From: Podarcis melisellensis
Taxonomy: Eukaryota
Assembly (NCBI GenBank): GCA_964234715.1
Contig: OZ174281.1
Direction: 5' to 3' (one strand)
Length of the DNA stretch: 64,000 nucleotides
Shown here: one piece after another, positions 12,070 through 26,600 of the stretch
Layout: every line of letters begins with the position of its first letter
Numbering within the stretch: the stretch's first letter is position 1
Notes under the pieces: model-generated
Seen by the model: the letters and a program-made list of their open reading frames with translations, nothing else
Database searches by the model: none
What the model was told of the DNA's origin: nothing
Position numbers and translations under genes: made by a program

Positions 12070-13423
12070 AGTTGAGTTTCTGATTAAATTAGTGGCATAC
12101 TGGAGAAACAGTGAACATCTTTCTCTTCCACCTTCACTGGTAGGCCTGATGTTCTTGTTCCGTCCACACTATAGAAATGGCTAGGTATTCTGTGGTGCAG
12201 TAACAAAGGATTGTGCTATATGTTGTTCTGCTCTCTTTGATGTAGGTTTTCATAATTCAAACATAATCTACTTAGTGAAATATACTAAAGGTATATTGTG
12301 TGGTATAGCATAGTTTCATAATGAGCATTGCATTTCCTAAGCAACAGTTGTTATACAAGTGTGAGCTGAGCTACATATGTGATTCAGTAATTATCATCAG
12401 TGTGGGACTTCTGGTTGTCCACAGATGTAGGAAGTGTAAAACAGTCTTAATAAGCTTTGATTTGTCAGTTATTCTTAAAATGGTGTGTGGGATCTCACAT
12501 CTATTTTAAGCAGCTGTAGTTTGCTTTTCATAGAAAGAACTTGTTTTTAAACTCCTTTATTTAGGTCTTATCAAAATAGCAATAAAAACAGCCTTTTAGA
12601 ATTTCAGTATTCCAAGATGTTTTAGTATTTACCACTTCATCTTGTTCTGTTCACTTAAATCAAAATAACAAATATAGAATTTATGCATCCCAACCAACTT
12701 CCCATGAGAATTCTGCATGGGATGGATTTGCTTCTTTTGAAGTCATTTCTCCTGGGTCTGGTAAAATCAGGCCGAGAGGGGATGGCTGTTCGGGCCAGTA
12801 AGACCACTCTTTCAGAAATCCTTTCTGGTCTCAGAAGATCTGAGCAGCTATAGGTGAGTTTCTATTGTTCCTTGCCTGGGCAAATCACCTTCTCACATAT
12901 GAACCTTTCCTTCTCAGTTACAGTTCCTTCAACTGTCAAGCCTCCTGTGAATGGCTAATGTAGAATATTGTCTTTTTGGTGGTGATACAAAGCAGTGGAA
13001 AATTCTCCCTGGGGAGTTTCATTCTGCTGCCTTGCTTCTGAATTTTGGACTATTTCTTAAAGTGGTTCTTTTTTCTGCTCATCGAGTATTTTATCATTGT
13101 TTTAATGAGTTATTTGTTTTTTAACAGTAAACTAGTAATCTGCCTGGTAGATGCTGGGCCAAAAAACTAATATTTTAAGAAAGATTCACCAGTCTTTCAT
13201 CTAGCAAATTACAAGTATTAATGTATTCAATAGACTACAATTCAGATCTCTCTTCAGAATTTCATTTAAAATGTAATGGTTCAGGAACTATGCTCCATGG
13301 CGATTAATAAATAAATGACAATGTTTGCTTGCAAGAATGTTGACTTTAAACATGAGCAATGTCTATTTTTTTCAGTACTGTTATTGTAGGAAAGATGTGC
13401 AAAGATAGTAACTGCAGTTGTAT

Positions 13424-13630
13424 GTTGGTTGGTTGACATCTGTCCTGGGAGGTAATGGAAGAGTGCGCCCACCTTCGAGGTGAATTCAAACCATTGGAGA
13501 GTTACAGCGCCTGCTGTGGCTGTAGAGACTGATACGGGAGAGACCAGTTTTGTTGCAGCTGTGGCAGATGAAGGCGTCTGGTTGTGCTGATGCAAGCGTA
13601 CCATGGCATTTCTTCTTTATGTGCTCTGCA
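13424..13630 (-). mobile_element. RTE-clade LINE 3' end
   Basis: Minus-strand translation FICHSCNKTGLSRISLYSHSRRC is the RTE C-terminal Cys/His motif; (CCAA)n tail. Confidence 0.75.
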
Positions 13631-14081
13631 CAGCAGTCATTGTACGTGAAGGTCCTATAATTTAGTTCCATACCCAATAGGCATGTTGAGTTTTTCCTGG
13701 TCCTTGCTACATGTTTCAGAACAAACAAAAAACCTAACACAAAGCACTGGTTTTAAATCCTGGATACGAGTGAATATCTGTGAAATTATGCTTGGTTAAC
13801 ATCCATGCCACCATAACCCTTATCTATGATGAAGCCTTCTGGAAAGATTTGTATGTGGGAAGGGATGTCCTTGAGGGACAGAACACAAACCTGCAGCTTA
13901 CTTCTGATATCCTTTTCCATGGTTAAAGAATTGGAACTGTTTCATTTGAACAGGTCTGACAATTGTGACTTGCCATTCCTCTTTGCTATAATTAGTGGCA
14001 AGTATAATCTTCTTAAGCAGCTCTGCTATGTTATTCAGTTCATAGTGTGACTGTGTCGTCCACCCTCCTTTTTATGTGCAG

Positions 14082-14185
14082 AAAAAGCAGCGGCAGCCAA
14101 TGAAGATGAAGTGCAGAAAGCTGATGTATCATCAACAGGTCAGAGCGTCATTGACAAGGATGCACTTGGACCAATGATGCTTGAG
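14082..14185 (+). CDS. NCOA2: NCOA2 coding exon (bHLH-PAS linker)
   Basis: tgcag|AA AAA ... CTT GAG|gtgaa. Encodes [35 protein letters not shown]; phases match both neighbours. Not in the ORF track. Confidence 0.96.
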
Positions 14186-14819
14186 GTGAAGTGTTGTGAA
14201 GTCTTTTTAACCTTTAGAATGAGCAGCTATTCTGACGAGATTTGGCTAAATGAAAACAAAACACATTTCAACTCCACGTAAGATGGTCAAACAAAGATTG
14301 TGCACAAAGCCTTTTTGACCGCTCATTGCCACTTTTATGATGCATTGTTGGAGCAATCTGCTTTCTAAGAGTAAATGCATTTGTTCCTCCACCATTTTAT
14401 ATTAGAGAGTAAAGCTAAAGAAAGCAGGCATAGTCCATGTTTTTGCTGTCTTTTATACTGTATACTATTAAATAAAAGGAAAATTCTGAGTTATTCCTAG
14501 GCATTTCCGCTCAGTCATGCTTGCATCAGTATAGCAGGTGTTGCTAAGCAACACAACTGCATTTTTTTCTATGAAAACTTCATACTGATTTTCAGATATA
14601 TTCTAATGAGGCTGAACTACTTTCTCACCTCCCCACCCCCAGTCAAGAGAGAAACTAAAGATAGTATGCTACTTGAAGGCTTAACAGGATAGTTAACAAA
14701 TGAAGTCTATTTTCCTCTCTGCAATGATTCAGAGTTAAGGAAGATGATAATAGCTTAGCTTTTATCTTGGTGCAGATTCTCGACAGTGAACTAAAATGTG
14801 TTGTTTTCTAACCTTTCAG

Positions 14820-14997
14820 GCCCTCGATGGGTTCTTCTTCGTAGTGAACCTGGAAGGTAATGTGGTGTTTGTATCGGAGAATGTGACACAGTACCTGAGG
14901 TACAACCAAGAAGAGCTGATGAACACAAGTGTGTACAGCATCCTGCATGTAGGGGACCACAATGAATTTGTCAGAAACCTGCTGCCAAAATCTTTAG
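14820..14997 (+). CDS. NCOA2: NCOA2 coding exon (PAS-A)
   Basis: tttcag|GCC ... TTA G|gtac. Encodes [59 protein letters not shown]. Confidence 0.97.
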
Positions 14998-16148
14998 GTA
15001 CAGTTCTCCATCAACCTATAAATTTTAGTGGTTCCCTTCTCTCTGCCATAAGCTAGGGTTTAAGTTTGATGTAACATAATATCCTAATGTGTACATTACC
15101 TCTATTCTGTTCCGTTCCCCCTCTTCTATTCTGGCCTCTAAATCATCTTCTCAAATGACATTGTAATTTATTACTTTTGTCTTGGACTTTATGCATCACT
15201 TCATGTAATAACTGACAGCTGCATCATTCATCTCGCTATAAGCCAACTAGCTCACAGGCCACAAATCCCACCACCTGAGGTTTTCTGTGACTACTCTAGC
15301 CCCTCATTCATAATTTTTATTTAATTTGACAAAAATATGAGTGTTTTTATGAGTCCCCTGCTATGATTCCATGACGCCAAAATGTTTTTGTGGGGCTCCT
15401 CAATTTTTTTTACATATTAAGAACTAAAAAAATAATAATTCTCCCACTGATACCCCAGTGTAATGCCAAAGGATGTTCCTAAAACATCCTTTGCCACACA
15501 GCCTCAGAGGGTTGACCATGGGTTACTGTAACCGTTGGCCTAAAAAAGGTTAGCCATCCCTGCTATGACCTCAGTAGTCAAGATTTCTCATGCAATTTCC
15601 TTTTTTAAATCTTAGTGAAGGTGGGTGCAGATTATGTCTAGAATCAACTTTCTTATTAGAGAAGGTTGAAAGGCTGTAGGAATAAGTATTTTTATTTTTG
15701 TCTCCAAAGGTGGTTGTGGGGTTTCCAGCTCCAAATTTTTTTTTTTTTTTTTACAGCTATTAGCATAACAAATCCTGACATTCCGCTTTCTCCCACTTGC
15801 TTTCGGAAAGCTGCTTCAACTGTTTTTCTCTCTCCCTACGGTGAGATAATCTTGACATGTGGAAAACACATGCACTGGCACTTTTGAAGTATGGAGTGAG
15901 TGTTTGTTTATTATGTGGCAAGTACATAGGTCAAGAAGTGTATGCTGTGCAACAAAAACATTTGAAGGAGCTCTATAAGTCATCAGCCTTGTTAGTTTAT
16001 CCCCCTTGTTGGTTAATATTAAAACTGTTTACAGGATTTTCACCCCTCCTCTTCCCAAGAGCTAGATCACCTTTAATATATTAAAGATGGTCAGACAGAA
16101 TATCTTGCCCAGTACCTAGTCATTCTGTATTACATTTCTTTTTCTTAG

Positions 16149-16337
16149 TGAATGGAGGACCTTGGTCTGGTGAAGCTCCTAGACGCAACAGCCATACCTT
16201 TAACTGCCGAATGTTGGTAAAACCTTTAACTGATTCTGAAGAAGAAGGCCATGATAACCAGGAAGCACACCAGAAATATGAAACTATGCAGTGCTTTGCT
16301 GTTTCTCAACCAAAGTCCATCAAAGAAGAAGGTGAAG
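16149..16337 (+). CDS. NCOA2: NCOA2 coding exon
   Basis: cttag|TG AAT ... GAA G|gtaat. Encodes [25 protein letters not shown]...[20 protein letters not shown]. Confidence 0.96.
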
Positions 16338-18070
16338 GTAATCAGAACATATTTTATGAGATTGTTTTATGTTCAAGTCTTTCCTTTAACCCTCCCTGAT
16401 TGAGGCATCTTTAACCTAAATTAATGGTACTTACATTGTTGTCTTTGTCTCTGTGACAGGCACTCATTGTTTAGGTGGAAATGTGTATTTTTTTCTGACC
16501 CTTTGCAAAGTATCTAATTAACAAGTACAGTAGATGAGCCTTCTTTTTTTGGAACTACATAAACACTGGCAGCATTATGTGTAGATATGCATACATATAG
16601 TTTGCTTCTTGCATATCATAAGCATATTTTGGAAGTTAATGCATCTAAACCATTTTGGTGTGACCTTAAACAGGGTCCTACTCTTTTCACTGGCACTCCC
16701 TCCAAAATAGGTGTGCATAGAAATTAGGGAAGAAATTGTGGTGGGATTTGCTGCAGTGAATAAAGCATAAGCAGAACTGGCCCACTGATTTTTTTTCTCC
16801 TTTGGAAACACTGCACTTCCCCTTCTTTTAGTTTCCCGAAATTACGGTTCTACCGTCTACTAAATTGCTTATTCTTTTCTTTTGGCTTATCTTAAAATAT
16901 GAGATGCACTTTTGAGGTACTGCAGCTTTGAAATGTTTCAAGTTTATAAATATTCCCAAAGTGTCTTCACACATGGCATGTGTTTTGAATGAAATATTTA
17001 AACTGCCGCATTCCAGATGTATGCAGTACCCAGGTGAGAGAGAAAATAAATGCAGCTGCTTATTTTTTATAATGGTCTTTCCAACACACTGAAACTAATC
17101 TACACTTTAATGTTATTGTGGTTGGAGTATGAGTGACCCAAGTCAGAATGCTTTCACTATCAGCCAAGAACTGGAGTGGCTTTAACTGGTGTGTAGACCA
17201 TTTTCTGCTTTTCTCTGATCTACTCAGACATCCATTTGGCTCTTGGGCAGCTGCCAGGCAAGGACCCCTTAGGTTTTAATGCTTTGGGGTTGTTCAGGGA
17301 GTGCTTGAGACCTGCTTGTTAGACATCTATACATTTGGCATTGTAGGTGTTTTAAAATTTCCTGTTTGTAATTCATGGAAGTAATAGAAGGGAGCAGGAG
17401 CACTAGCTATCAAATGTATGACAGCAGTTATTGTGGTGTGGTTATTACTCATCTTTTGGTTGGGAGTTTTGGGGATTGAATTGGGGATGTCTGAATGTGA
17501 GGCTGTTTATATGACGCTAAGCATGAATAAGATGGCATGAGAGGAAGGACAAAAGATTTGGGAGGCACTTTTTCTTATTTGAAGAAGTCCGGCGGGGGGG
17601 GGGGGGAGGAATTTCTGGGATCCTCATGTGATGCTATCATGTTTCGAAGTGATAGAATGATGGATCTAAGGAACCAGTTTGGTTATTGCTATGAGCTTGA
17701 GAGGAGATTTGGATTGCCATCCTTATGGATGTGGAGTAGTGGAGAAGGAATGGGTGGTGTGAGATAAGAGGTGTCACAAAAAGGGTTGGAGTAAGTTTTT
17801 TAGCACTTAGGTTTTGTCTCCCACATACATTTAGGTCTTCATTGTTGAGTTTTGAATGTAGTGTAGCAAGCAAAGTGAGCAGATTGAAAATCCATTTACG
17901 TATTCTTAAGGGGTCTGTCAGATGAAGGTACAATAAGGAAATAATCAGTTCTGCATGTCATATTTTTATCTTTGTTGTTTTAGTGTAGGTTTTTTTAAAA
18001 AAATTATATGGTCTAGCATAGATTTAGCAAACCTTTTCCTCCAATTAAAAATAATTTTGTCCCATTTAAG

Positions 18071-18172
18071 ATCTTCAGTCTTGCTTGATTTGTGTGGCAA
18101 GAAGAGTTCCAATGAAGGAAAGGCCACTTCTGCCCTCATCAGAGACATTTAGCACTCGTCAAGATCTGCAAG
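18071..18172 (+). CDS. NCOA2: NCOA2 coding exon
   Basis: ttaag|AT CTT ... CAA G|gtacc. Encodes [34 protein letters not shown]. Confidence 0.95.
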
Positions 18173-18260
18173 GTACCGTGAAAGTGCAAGTCAAATCTTC
18201 TTTTATTAAAACAACAAAAAACAGGTGTAGGTTTCTAATAACAGCCTTATATACCTTCAG

Positions 18261-18401
18261 GCAAGATAACTTCACTTGACACTAGTACCATGCGAGCAGC
18301 TATGAAACCTGGCTGGGAAGATGTGGTGAGAAGGTGCATCCAGAGATTCTATGCACAGCATGAGGGAGATATGTCTTTTGCCAAGAGGCATCATCAGGAG
18401 G
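18261..18401 (+). CDS. NCOA2: NCOA2 coding exon (PAS-B)
   Basis: Follows an 88-nt intron. ttcag|GC AAG ... GAG G|gtaag. Encodes [46 protein letters not shown]. Confidence 0.96.
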
Positions 18402-20465
18402 GTAAGGATCCGTTGTTTCTTCAAGAATGTTTACAACAGAAAGAAGAGCACAAACATTTGGCAAGTCATGATCCAGAAATCATACAGCAGCTCCAATACA
18501 ATGCAGACATGGAGTGCTAAGAAGTGCAAAGCCTTCCCCATTAGGTGCAATATCAGAAACTGCTTCATGTGTCGGTAGAACTGTCTACATTTTATATATA
18601 TATATTTTATCTGAACATTTATATCTCAGTTGTCCATGATAAATTATACTCTAGATGGACTACAAATAAAAATCTAAATCAGCAATTAAAATCAACATTT
18701 CAGTGGATGGAGAAGTCTGTCCTAGGTATATTGAAAACCCCATGAGCTGTAGATTGGCCTGCTTGATTCTTTTCATAATACATCTAAGCACTGTTGTTGA
18801 TGAAAACACTTTAAATAGATGAAAATACTTTAAATAGAATAGACAACTGAGGAAGAAGGGAATGTGATCAAACGGAATCTGACTGACCCAAATATGAATC
18901 TAGAGAGCTTATGTAAATTTTGAACCACCAAATGATGTATCTTTCCCATCAATGTCTTTTTACTCCTGAGGAATTACTTGGATTAGGCGACGGCACAATT
19001 TGGACAAGAGAGCTGTTTTGCGCAATACATTTAATAAGAAAGTACTTTGTGTGTCATGCAGTGACTAATGAAATGGCATGTGACACTTTCCCCGGAGATG
19101 TTTGAAAAATGCAAATGTATTAATTTATCCTAATTAAAGGTTCCAGTAAAGTGAGGTGAGAAACCTTTTTCAGTTCGAGGTTGCATTCCCTTTTGGCCAA
19201 CTCTCTGAGGACTGCATGTCAGTGATAGGCTGGGCCATAACAAGTGTGGAAATGCACAAACTGGTCATGGCCACCCTCCACTTATGCCACCCATACACAT
19301 AGCACCTAGATTTCCATTCTCTCCCCCTGCTTCCAAAAAAGAAAGCAGTCAGGGATGAACAAAGCCTTTTTACATTTGGTCTTTTCCCACCCAAGCTGCA
19401 GTTTCCACAAAGATTTTGCTGGTTCCCCATCTCTCCCGTAAATCTTTCCCCTTCTCTGATGGGTTATTTTAATGTTCTGTGCTTCCATAGTGGTCTTTTA
19501 AAACAGTTTGGTTCATTCATTGTGTTACTTCTATTATCATCTGGGGTAAAATGTGATAAGTGCTAAACAAGGCACAAATTATATAGAAAAGAAAGAAAGA
19601 AATGGTGCCATGCTGATTTACAGTGTAGTAAGGACTGGATCTTCAGTCCTCAAGAAATCCATCTTGAAAGCACCACTCATTTCTGAAAGGCTGCACTAAA
19701 AGAAAGTGTCAAGAATTAAGTCATTAGTTAGTTCACGTGTCTTCTGTGGAGAATAGGGTTAAATTCAACATTAAGGCCTGAAAACATGAGGTTGCCTGGT
19801 GAATGCTCTCGAGCATCTTCTTTCCTGAAGTTGCCCTTTCCTGTGCTGGCCAACCAGCAATGCAAAAATTCAAAAGACCTTTAGAATCTCCACTTGCCAC
19901 ACCATGAGGGGCTGCTTGCTGGGGAGAAAAGATGAAAGCCCTGTCTATATGCTGGATTGTGACTTAAAATTTGGAGGAAATTTAATTATTTTCTTCCATC
20001 TTATTAGAACCTTTTCTGCTCCAGTAGGCCGCATACTCTTAAGAAGCTAATTTAGCATACATGTTGCAGCTTTGTCATCACTTTAGAAGGATGTATCGCT
20101 CTACCTCTTAATGTGGTGTGCACATGAAATTGCTTTGAGCTCCAGTGCTGTGAATTCTCAACCCATTGGGTTTATACCCATATTCTGTTGAACCAACAGA
20201 TGAAGCTTTCGGACAGTCATTATGACTCTAGCTTTGTATGTTGGGAAGATGGCATGCACTAACCCTGGGTCAGTGCCAGAAAACACTTTGATATGCCTTC
20301 TGAAATTGTCTAAGTGAAGAGTGTCAAGCAGAGTCCTGAGAATCACATTGAGTATTTTCCTCCTTGGTTTTAACAAGAACCTACTTTCATTCATACATAG
20401 GGCAGGTAACATGCTTTTCTGTACACCCCAAATTCAATGCAAAATGTCCTGCTAATTCCATGTTA

Positions 20466-20828
20466 AAGGTAAAGGTAAAGGTACCCCTGCCCGTACGGGC
20501 CAGTCTTGACAGACTCTGGGGTTGTGCGCCCATCTCACTTAAGAGGCCAGGGGCCAGCGCTGTCCGGAGACACTTCCGGGTCACATGGCCAGTGTGACAT
20601 CGCTGCTCTGGCAAGCCAGAGCCGCACACGGAAACGCCGTTTACCTTCCCGCTGGTAAGCGGTCCCTATTTATCTACTTGCACCCGGAGGTGCTTTCGAA
20701 CTGCTAGGTTGGCAGGCGCTGGGACCGAGCAGCGGGAGCGCACCCCGCCGCAGGGATTCGAACCGCCGACCTTTCAATCGGCAAGTCCTAGGCGCTGAGG
20801 CTTTAACCCACAGCGCCACCTGTGTCCC
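20466..20828 (-). mobile_element. Sauria SINE, full length, young copy
   Basis: Minus-strand GGGACACAGGTGGCGCTGTGGGTTAAAG head and (ACCTTT)n tail. Perfect 12-bp TSD AATTCCATGTTA (20454-20465, 20829-20840); many CpGs retained. Confidence 0.92.
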
Positions 20829-21975
20829 AATTCCATGTTACACAAAACTAAATCAAAATGCTTTATTTTGTTTTACTGCATTGGTTTAAGCTGCCCAGAG
20901 CGTATGTGTCTCTTTTTTTTCATTTGGCAAGCTATAACTTTAATTGGAAGCAATTTGTCACATGAGATAGTTTTTTTTAAAAAAAAATCCTAAACAAAAT
21001 CTGTAGCTGTGGATTTGAATACACACACCCAGTTTTAAAAATGGATTAACTTCAGCGTTTTTAACATCAGAGTTGTTGACAAGGGAGTGTTGGAATTTCC
21101 TGCTCTGAACTAAAAGCACTGCTGCTGCTGCTGCTGAGAGTTCTGCCCAAAGGTTAGACTGAAACAATGACATACCTTCAGTGTGAAATTTTACTTTACA
21201 GTATGCCACAGTTAACAGGCTTTGTTTTTCTTTGCATTCCTACTCTACATAAACTCTTCTGGCTGTTTAACTTGTGTTTCCTGTTTTCCTGTGCCAAAAT
21301 AATAATTTAAAATGTAGTAGCACGATAGAAAACTTTGAGGCAGGAACAGGGGAAAATCTTACCATACCAGTGTTGCAAGACTGGGGGAGGGGAAAAAACT
21401 TGTCTAGCATTGTCAGAGTCTGAATGTTACTTGATCTACTACGTGATTGACACAGAGATGTTGTCAAAGATAAATATTTTAAAACTTAACTCTTGTTTTT
21501 CAGCATTATGTGTTCAAAATGTGGAGATGGTTAAGGGAGAGGCATAAATATAATTTCATAGGATAGGCATAAACACAAGTATGAAGGAGTTTTCAGCCAG
21601 TTCAGGAAAATCAAGAATTGAAACTAGTTTATCAGGTTTCACAGTGAAGAAAACATTAAAATAAACCAGTTGGTAACTCATTGTTTTCATTTAAAGATGG
21701 GGCAAAATTGAAATTCCAGATCTGGAAAAGCACATTTTTTTTGCAACTTAAAAGTGTCTTGTGTCAGTGTTCAAATCCTGAAAGACAGATTTAGGGCAGG
21801 TATGTGCAAGGAAAATCCCATTTTTGTTGAACTAAGTAAAATTATTTAATAAAATTATATGTATAGACTCATGAAAGTAAAAAGGTTTGGCACTAGGCAA
21901 TATTTCTTCTTCAAAAGACTTGGATGATAGAAATTTACAGGAGAGCATATGGAGCCAGAGTCTGTGGGACTAGGG

Positions 21976-22239
21976 CATGGGTAGGCAAACTAAGGCCTGG
22001 GGGCCGGATCCGGCCCAATCGCCTTCTAAATACGGCCCATGGATAGTCTGGGAATCAGCGAGTTTTTACATGAGTAGAATGTGTGCTTTTATTTAAGATG
22101 CGTCTCTGGGTTATTTGTGGGGCATAGGAATTTGTTCTTTTTTCTCTCCCCCCCCCCAAAAAATATAGTCCGGCCCCCCCCCCACAAGGTCTGAGGGACA
22201 GTGGACCGGCCCCCTGCTGAAAAAGTTTGCTCACCCCTA
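21976..22239. mobile_element. hAT (Charlie-like) MITE
   Basis: TIRs CATGGGTAGGCAAACT / AGTTTGCTCACCCCTA. 8-bp TSD GACTAGGG (21968-21975, 22240-22247). Confidence 0.85.
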
Positions 22240-23530
22240 GACTAGGGCCTACCTTTTTTCAGTTGGAATTCCAATCCTATTCCATTTCACACAAAATTTA
22301 TGCCAAAGACTTGGAATCCCCCCCCCCCCGAAATATACATTACCCAAAGAATGCATCTGCATATTGGTTGCATTAGGTGAGCACACCTTAAGCAAACTGA
22401 ATTTTGTTGAGGATCACCTGTGATCTCCCACAGGGCAAGAAAGGGGCACTGCTAAGCTCTCAGCACAAAGTAAGCTTGCTACCAAATCTCTTTTGTCAGT
22501 TTACTTGATAAGCTTGCCAAAATGAAAGCAAGGAAGACGTCATTCAAGTAGATTACCTGTCTATTGTAATAAATGACTTTTTGTCTGAATTAGGCAATTG
22601 GTTGAGCATTTTTGTTCCAGATTTTAGCAATTGTAAATGATGTTTCTAGAAACCATGATGTTCTGTGATTTCCTCATGTTGGAATGTGAAACGAACATTT
22701 TCCATTAAAGTAGGTTTGCCTAGCTACAGAACATATTATAAACTATATAATATATATTATGTTGATATTCCTCCCTTTACTTAAATAGGCTGTGTTTTCT
22801 ACTGAGAGCATTTGGGGGACAGATGTAGGAGGCTGGCCCCAGGTTTTGCTCCAGGTTACCTCACTGCCACGCTGCTCATTTTTTCTGCCATCTCCAGCTA
22901 ATTGCAGGAAGGTCTGATTAAGTTGTAGACAAACAATTCTCCCCTTCCTTGTCATGTCATGGCTCAAGCTGGCATATGTTCAGGGAGAATTTTCCATCCC
23001 TTGGGATGCTAGTCCGTATATTGTATCATTCTAAGGTATGCTCCTGGTTAACAAATTTATCCCAGTCAGTGTACTTTGCTAGTTTGTCTAAAGCAGAATG
23101 GGTTGGAATGCTTTGTAATAATTATCTGGAGACCTGTCAGGAAGCTAGCTGCGACTAGCTTTGTCCCTGGCAAGTTAATTTGAGTTGTGAGTCACTGTGT
23201 CCTCTGGTTGGAACAGGTGGAAATCATTCTTATTTTAGATTATTCTCCATGAAGAGAAAATTCGCAGGTAAGTGTACTGTTTTTGCAATGCTGGCATTGT
23301 CTCTAACTCACTCTTTCAGTTAATACTTTACTGCAGTTGCACTTTGGTCTTAATCTGCAAAACATTAGCTTTTCCTTTAACACAGCCTTGCTGATTTTGC
23401 AAAAGAAAATGCAGATTTTTTCCCCCTAGCTTTCTAAAGAAGGCAATGAAAACAGAGTCCACATTTTCATGCGGATTATCCTGCAGCCTGGATTTCTTAC
23501 CACTTTTTTCTTGTTTCTCCTTGTTTACAG

Positions 23531-23678
23531 TGCTGAGGCAGGGACTAGCTTTCAGTCCTGTTTATCGATTTTCCTTGTCTGACGGCAACATAGTTGCTGC
23601 CCAAACGAAGAGCAAGCTCATCCGTTCTCAGACTACTGGTGAACCTCAGCTTGTAATATCCTTGCATATGCTTCACAG
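23531..23678 (+). CDS. NCOA2: NCOA2 coding exon (PAS-B)
   Basis: tacag|TG CTG ... CAC AG|gtaat. Encodes [50 protein letters not shown]. Confidence 0.96.
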
Positions 23679-26600
23679 GTAATTTATACAATTTTTGCTG
23701 CCTTGAAAAATCTTCAACCTCACATCCTAAGAACAGCTGCAGCAAGAGTACATAATTTATCATGCATTATTGCAGTAGCCCCCTTTAGCTATATTGGGTG
23801 TAGCATGACAGTAAAATAAAGTATAGTTTTGATTTTAATGGTTTCTGTTTTGTAAAGAAAACATCCTAGTTCACTTGGTTGTAAGTAAATACCAATTATT
23901 TAAATAGTGCTTCCAACCAACCACATGAATTTGGGACTTCAGTTGAAGATACAGATTGGTGTTTAACAGCAGTTTTATCACTGTTTTATCACATCTACTT
24001 TGACCACACAAGATAAAATCGTAATACTTCATGTAGTACATTTGGTATGTTGAGCCCCTCACTTTGTGTACAGGCATGGAAATCCTTGCAGGACCGGTTG
24101 CATTTTCAACTCAGGCTCATTCGGGGGTTTGAAGGGTTTCGCTATTGGGAAATCTGAACAATTTTCTTGTATGCACTAATGATATTGTTTTGTAAGAAAC
24201 TTTATAAGCACTTAAGAGAACTGTTTGGACAACACATCCTTGCATGTAAATATTCACCATTGTTCCAGTTCAACATCTCCTTCACTCTTCCAAGAGAGAT
24301 CATTATGGGATAAAAAAATGAAGAATGTAGACAAAGGGAAATGACAGTTTTTTCTCCAGAATCTGCAGTTCCTATTCATTAAATATGAAAAGTTCAATGC
24401 TTGGCTATGAGAAGCAATTGCATATTTGTGTCCGACTCAATTATAAACTATGCATAAGTTTTAATAAGAATTATCTTTCATTGTTGTTTATCTGTTAGCT
24501 GCTGAACATTGTACAAAAAAAGACTTTACTGACTATACCCTCTGAACATTGCTGTTTAAACAATTCAGAACTTTTTGTTGGAATTAAGGGGACCTTTTTA
24601 TATTTTGAAGGTGGCTGATGAGGCAGCAAGCTAAATAAAAACTGCTAGGCTACAGGGCACATACAAGAAAGTTAAGTTTTTCTAGCTTATAAGGCAGTCT
24701 GAGAAACAGTAGATTAACATGAACCTTTGGGAGTTTTGTGCATTTTTAAACAAAGTTTCCCCTTTCATTTTAGTCATCTCATGCTAACAAGAATTGACTG
24801 GACAGTTTCTCTTCCTCCTTAACTTTTCTTTCTAGTTCTCATGCCACTAGCAGGGCAAAGTTTAAATGTTTCAGCTGTAGAACTTTCAGTGCAAACCCTG
24901 CAAAGGAATGTTTAAACCAGTGCCAAAACTATATTAAATATAGTTTGTTCATAAAGCACTTTTCCTTCAGTGTTCTTTCAGTAATTTAGCAAACTTATAA
25001 TTTTTAAGAAACTTTTTTGGGGGGGCATTGATAGCTCCCATTTTTAAGTCTGGAGAGAGGAACTGACTACAGATGTTATTCAGTGTAAATTTATAACAGA
25101 ACAAAAACCTTATGTGCAAAAGAAAATCTGCAAAGAAAACTAAACTTGGATAGTCTTCAAAGAGATTTCATGAACATATCTTCGCTCAAGAAATGTATTT
25201 TCAAACAGCAATATCTTGTTCCTGAAAAATGTGATTCTTCCCTAGATAGTGCTACTGTGTAGAATGTGGTTTACCTGTATGCTGTTGCTCTCGGCATGGG
25301 GAAGTGATGAGAGAAGCAGTGCAAGGAAGCTATTTTGCTTCCTTAGATGCTCATGTAGGGAATTCAATCCATGAAAGAGTGGGAAGAAAACGTACCCTGA
25401 GATTTTAAGCAGGGTACTTCTCCAGGTTCCTATGGTAGGCTCCCCTACATGAGATTTAAGGCATCCCCAAATAGCACTTGCTCGGTTTTTCATACCTGCA
25501 CACACTGAAAAGCCCAAATGGTAGAAGATATGGGGACATGTCTCTCTGTTTTTTATAAACTGTTTAGAGATATGCTGCTGCACAGAGGAGATTTAATCTG
25601 CAGTCTCCACACAGCCGCCATCACTGCTTGTCCAGTGGTTTTCTAAAGTAGTGGGTGGAGATCTTTCCCCAAAGCTTCCCTGCTAATTGCCTTATATCTC
25701 TCTTCTCCACTAGAATAGTCAGAGTTCCCTACTTCACAGAATATTTGGATTGGAAGATTTGTGCTAGCAATGCTCATGCTGCAGTGTACATTTAACAACC
25801 TTTTGTTTTTAAACAAATAGTTTTGGGCTGGTAATACAGTTTTCTCCCCCTCTTCTCACTCCAAGTCATTTATTGAATACATATGGAATAATGTGCTGTT
25901 TACCTGTGGGATTATTCTACAAGGGATAATATTTGGTTGGAGCACACTTTAGTCATCTGGAAAAACCTCCTCCTCTTCCCCCCATCTCTGTCCTTCTTGC
26001 ACATTCTTTAGCTTGCATGTACCCACAAAATCTTTCTCTAACTATGCTGATCTCATTCTGAACTTGTTTGCTGTACTGTAGTTTTTTTGGCTTCCATACT
26101 TAAAGCAGTGTTGTAAATTTTTTTGGCTGTACTTTGAGATGACTTTTAAAACTTGCTTTTTACTGTAACTCTTGTTGGCAAATGGGGCAGCAGTTTCAAG
26201 GCTGTAAAAGGCCTGTTCGTTTACTTTCAGATTGTCAACAAATGCCTATCCTCTTTCTGCTTTCTTTTTTCAGAAGTGGATTTGTCTGATTCTCTCTTAT
26301 ATAATCAAAATAGTGAAAACTTTATTTGCTATCAGAACAAACTTGTAGATATGTAATTGGAGCTTTCTCTCTTATGTGATATTAAGATATCTATTAAGAC
26401 AGAAATGAACCCAAGAGGCATGGAATCCATTTCCAGCTATTAACTCATTTGGGTTCCTTGCCAAAATAAATATATTTCCACAGTCAGTGGTGACTCAGTG
26501 CGATGGTTTGTTGAGACGATGGTTCTGTTGTTAGGTGAAGCAAGGGTTGCCTGGATAGCTCTGTGCAGTGCTTAGCCTCAATATTTCATGAGAGCAGAGC

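Noticed and set aside
15240-15565. Possible degenerate hAT MITE ending ...GGTTAGCCATCCCTG
   Set aside because: The left TIR and TSD could not be defined with confidence.
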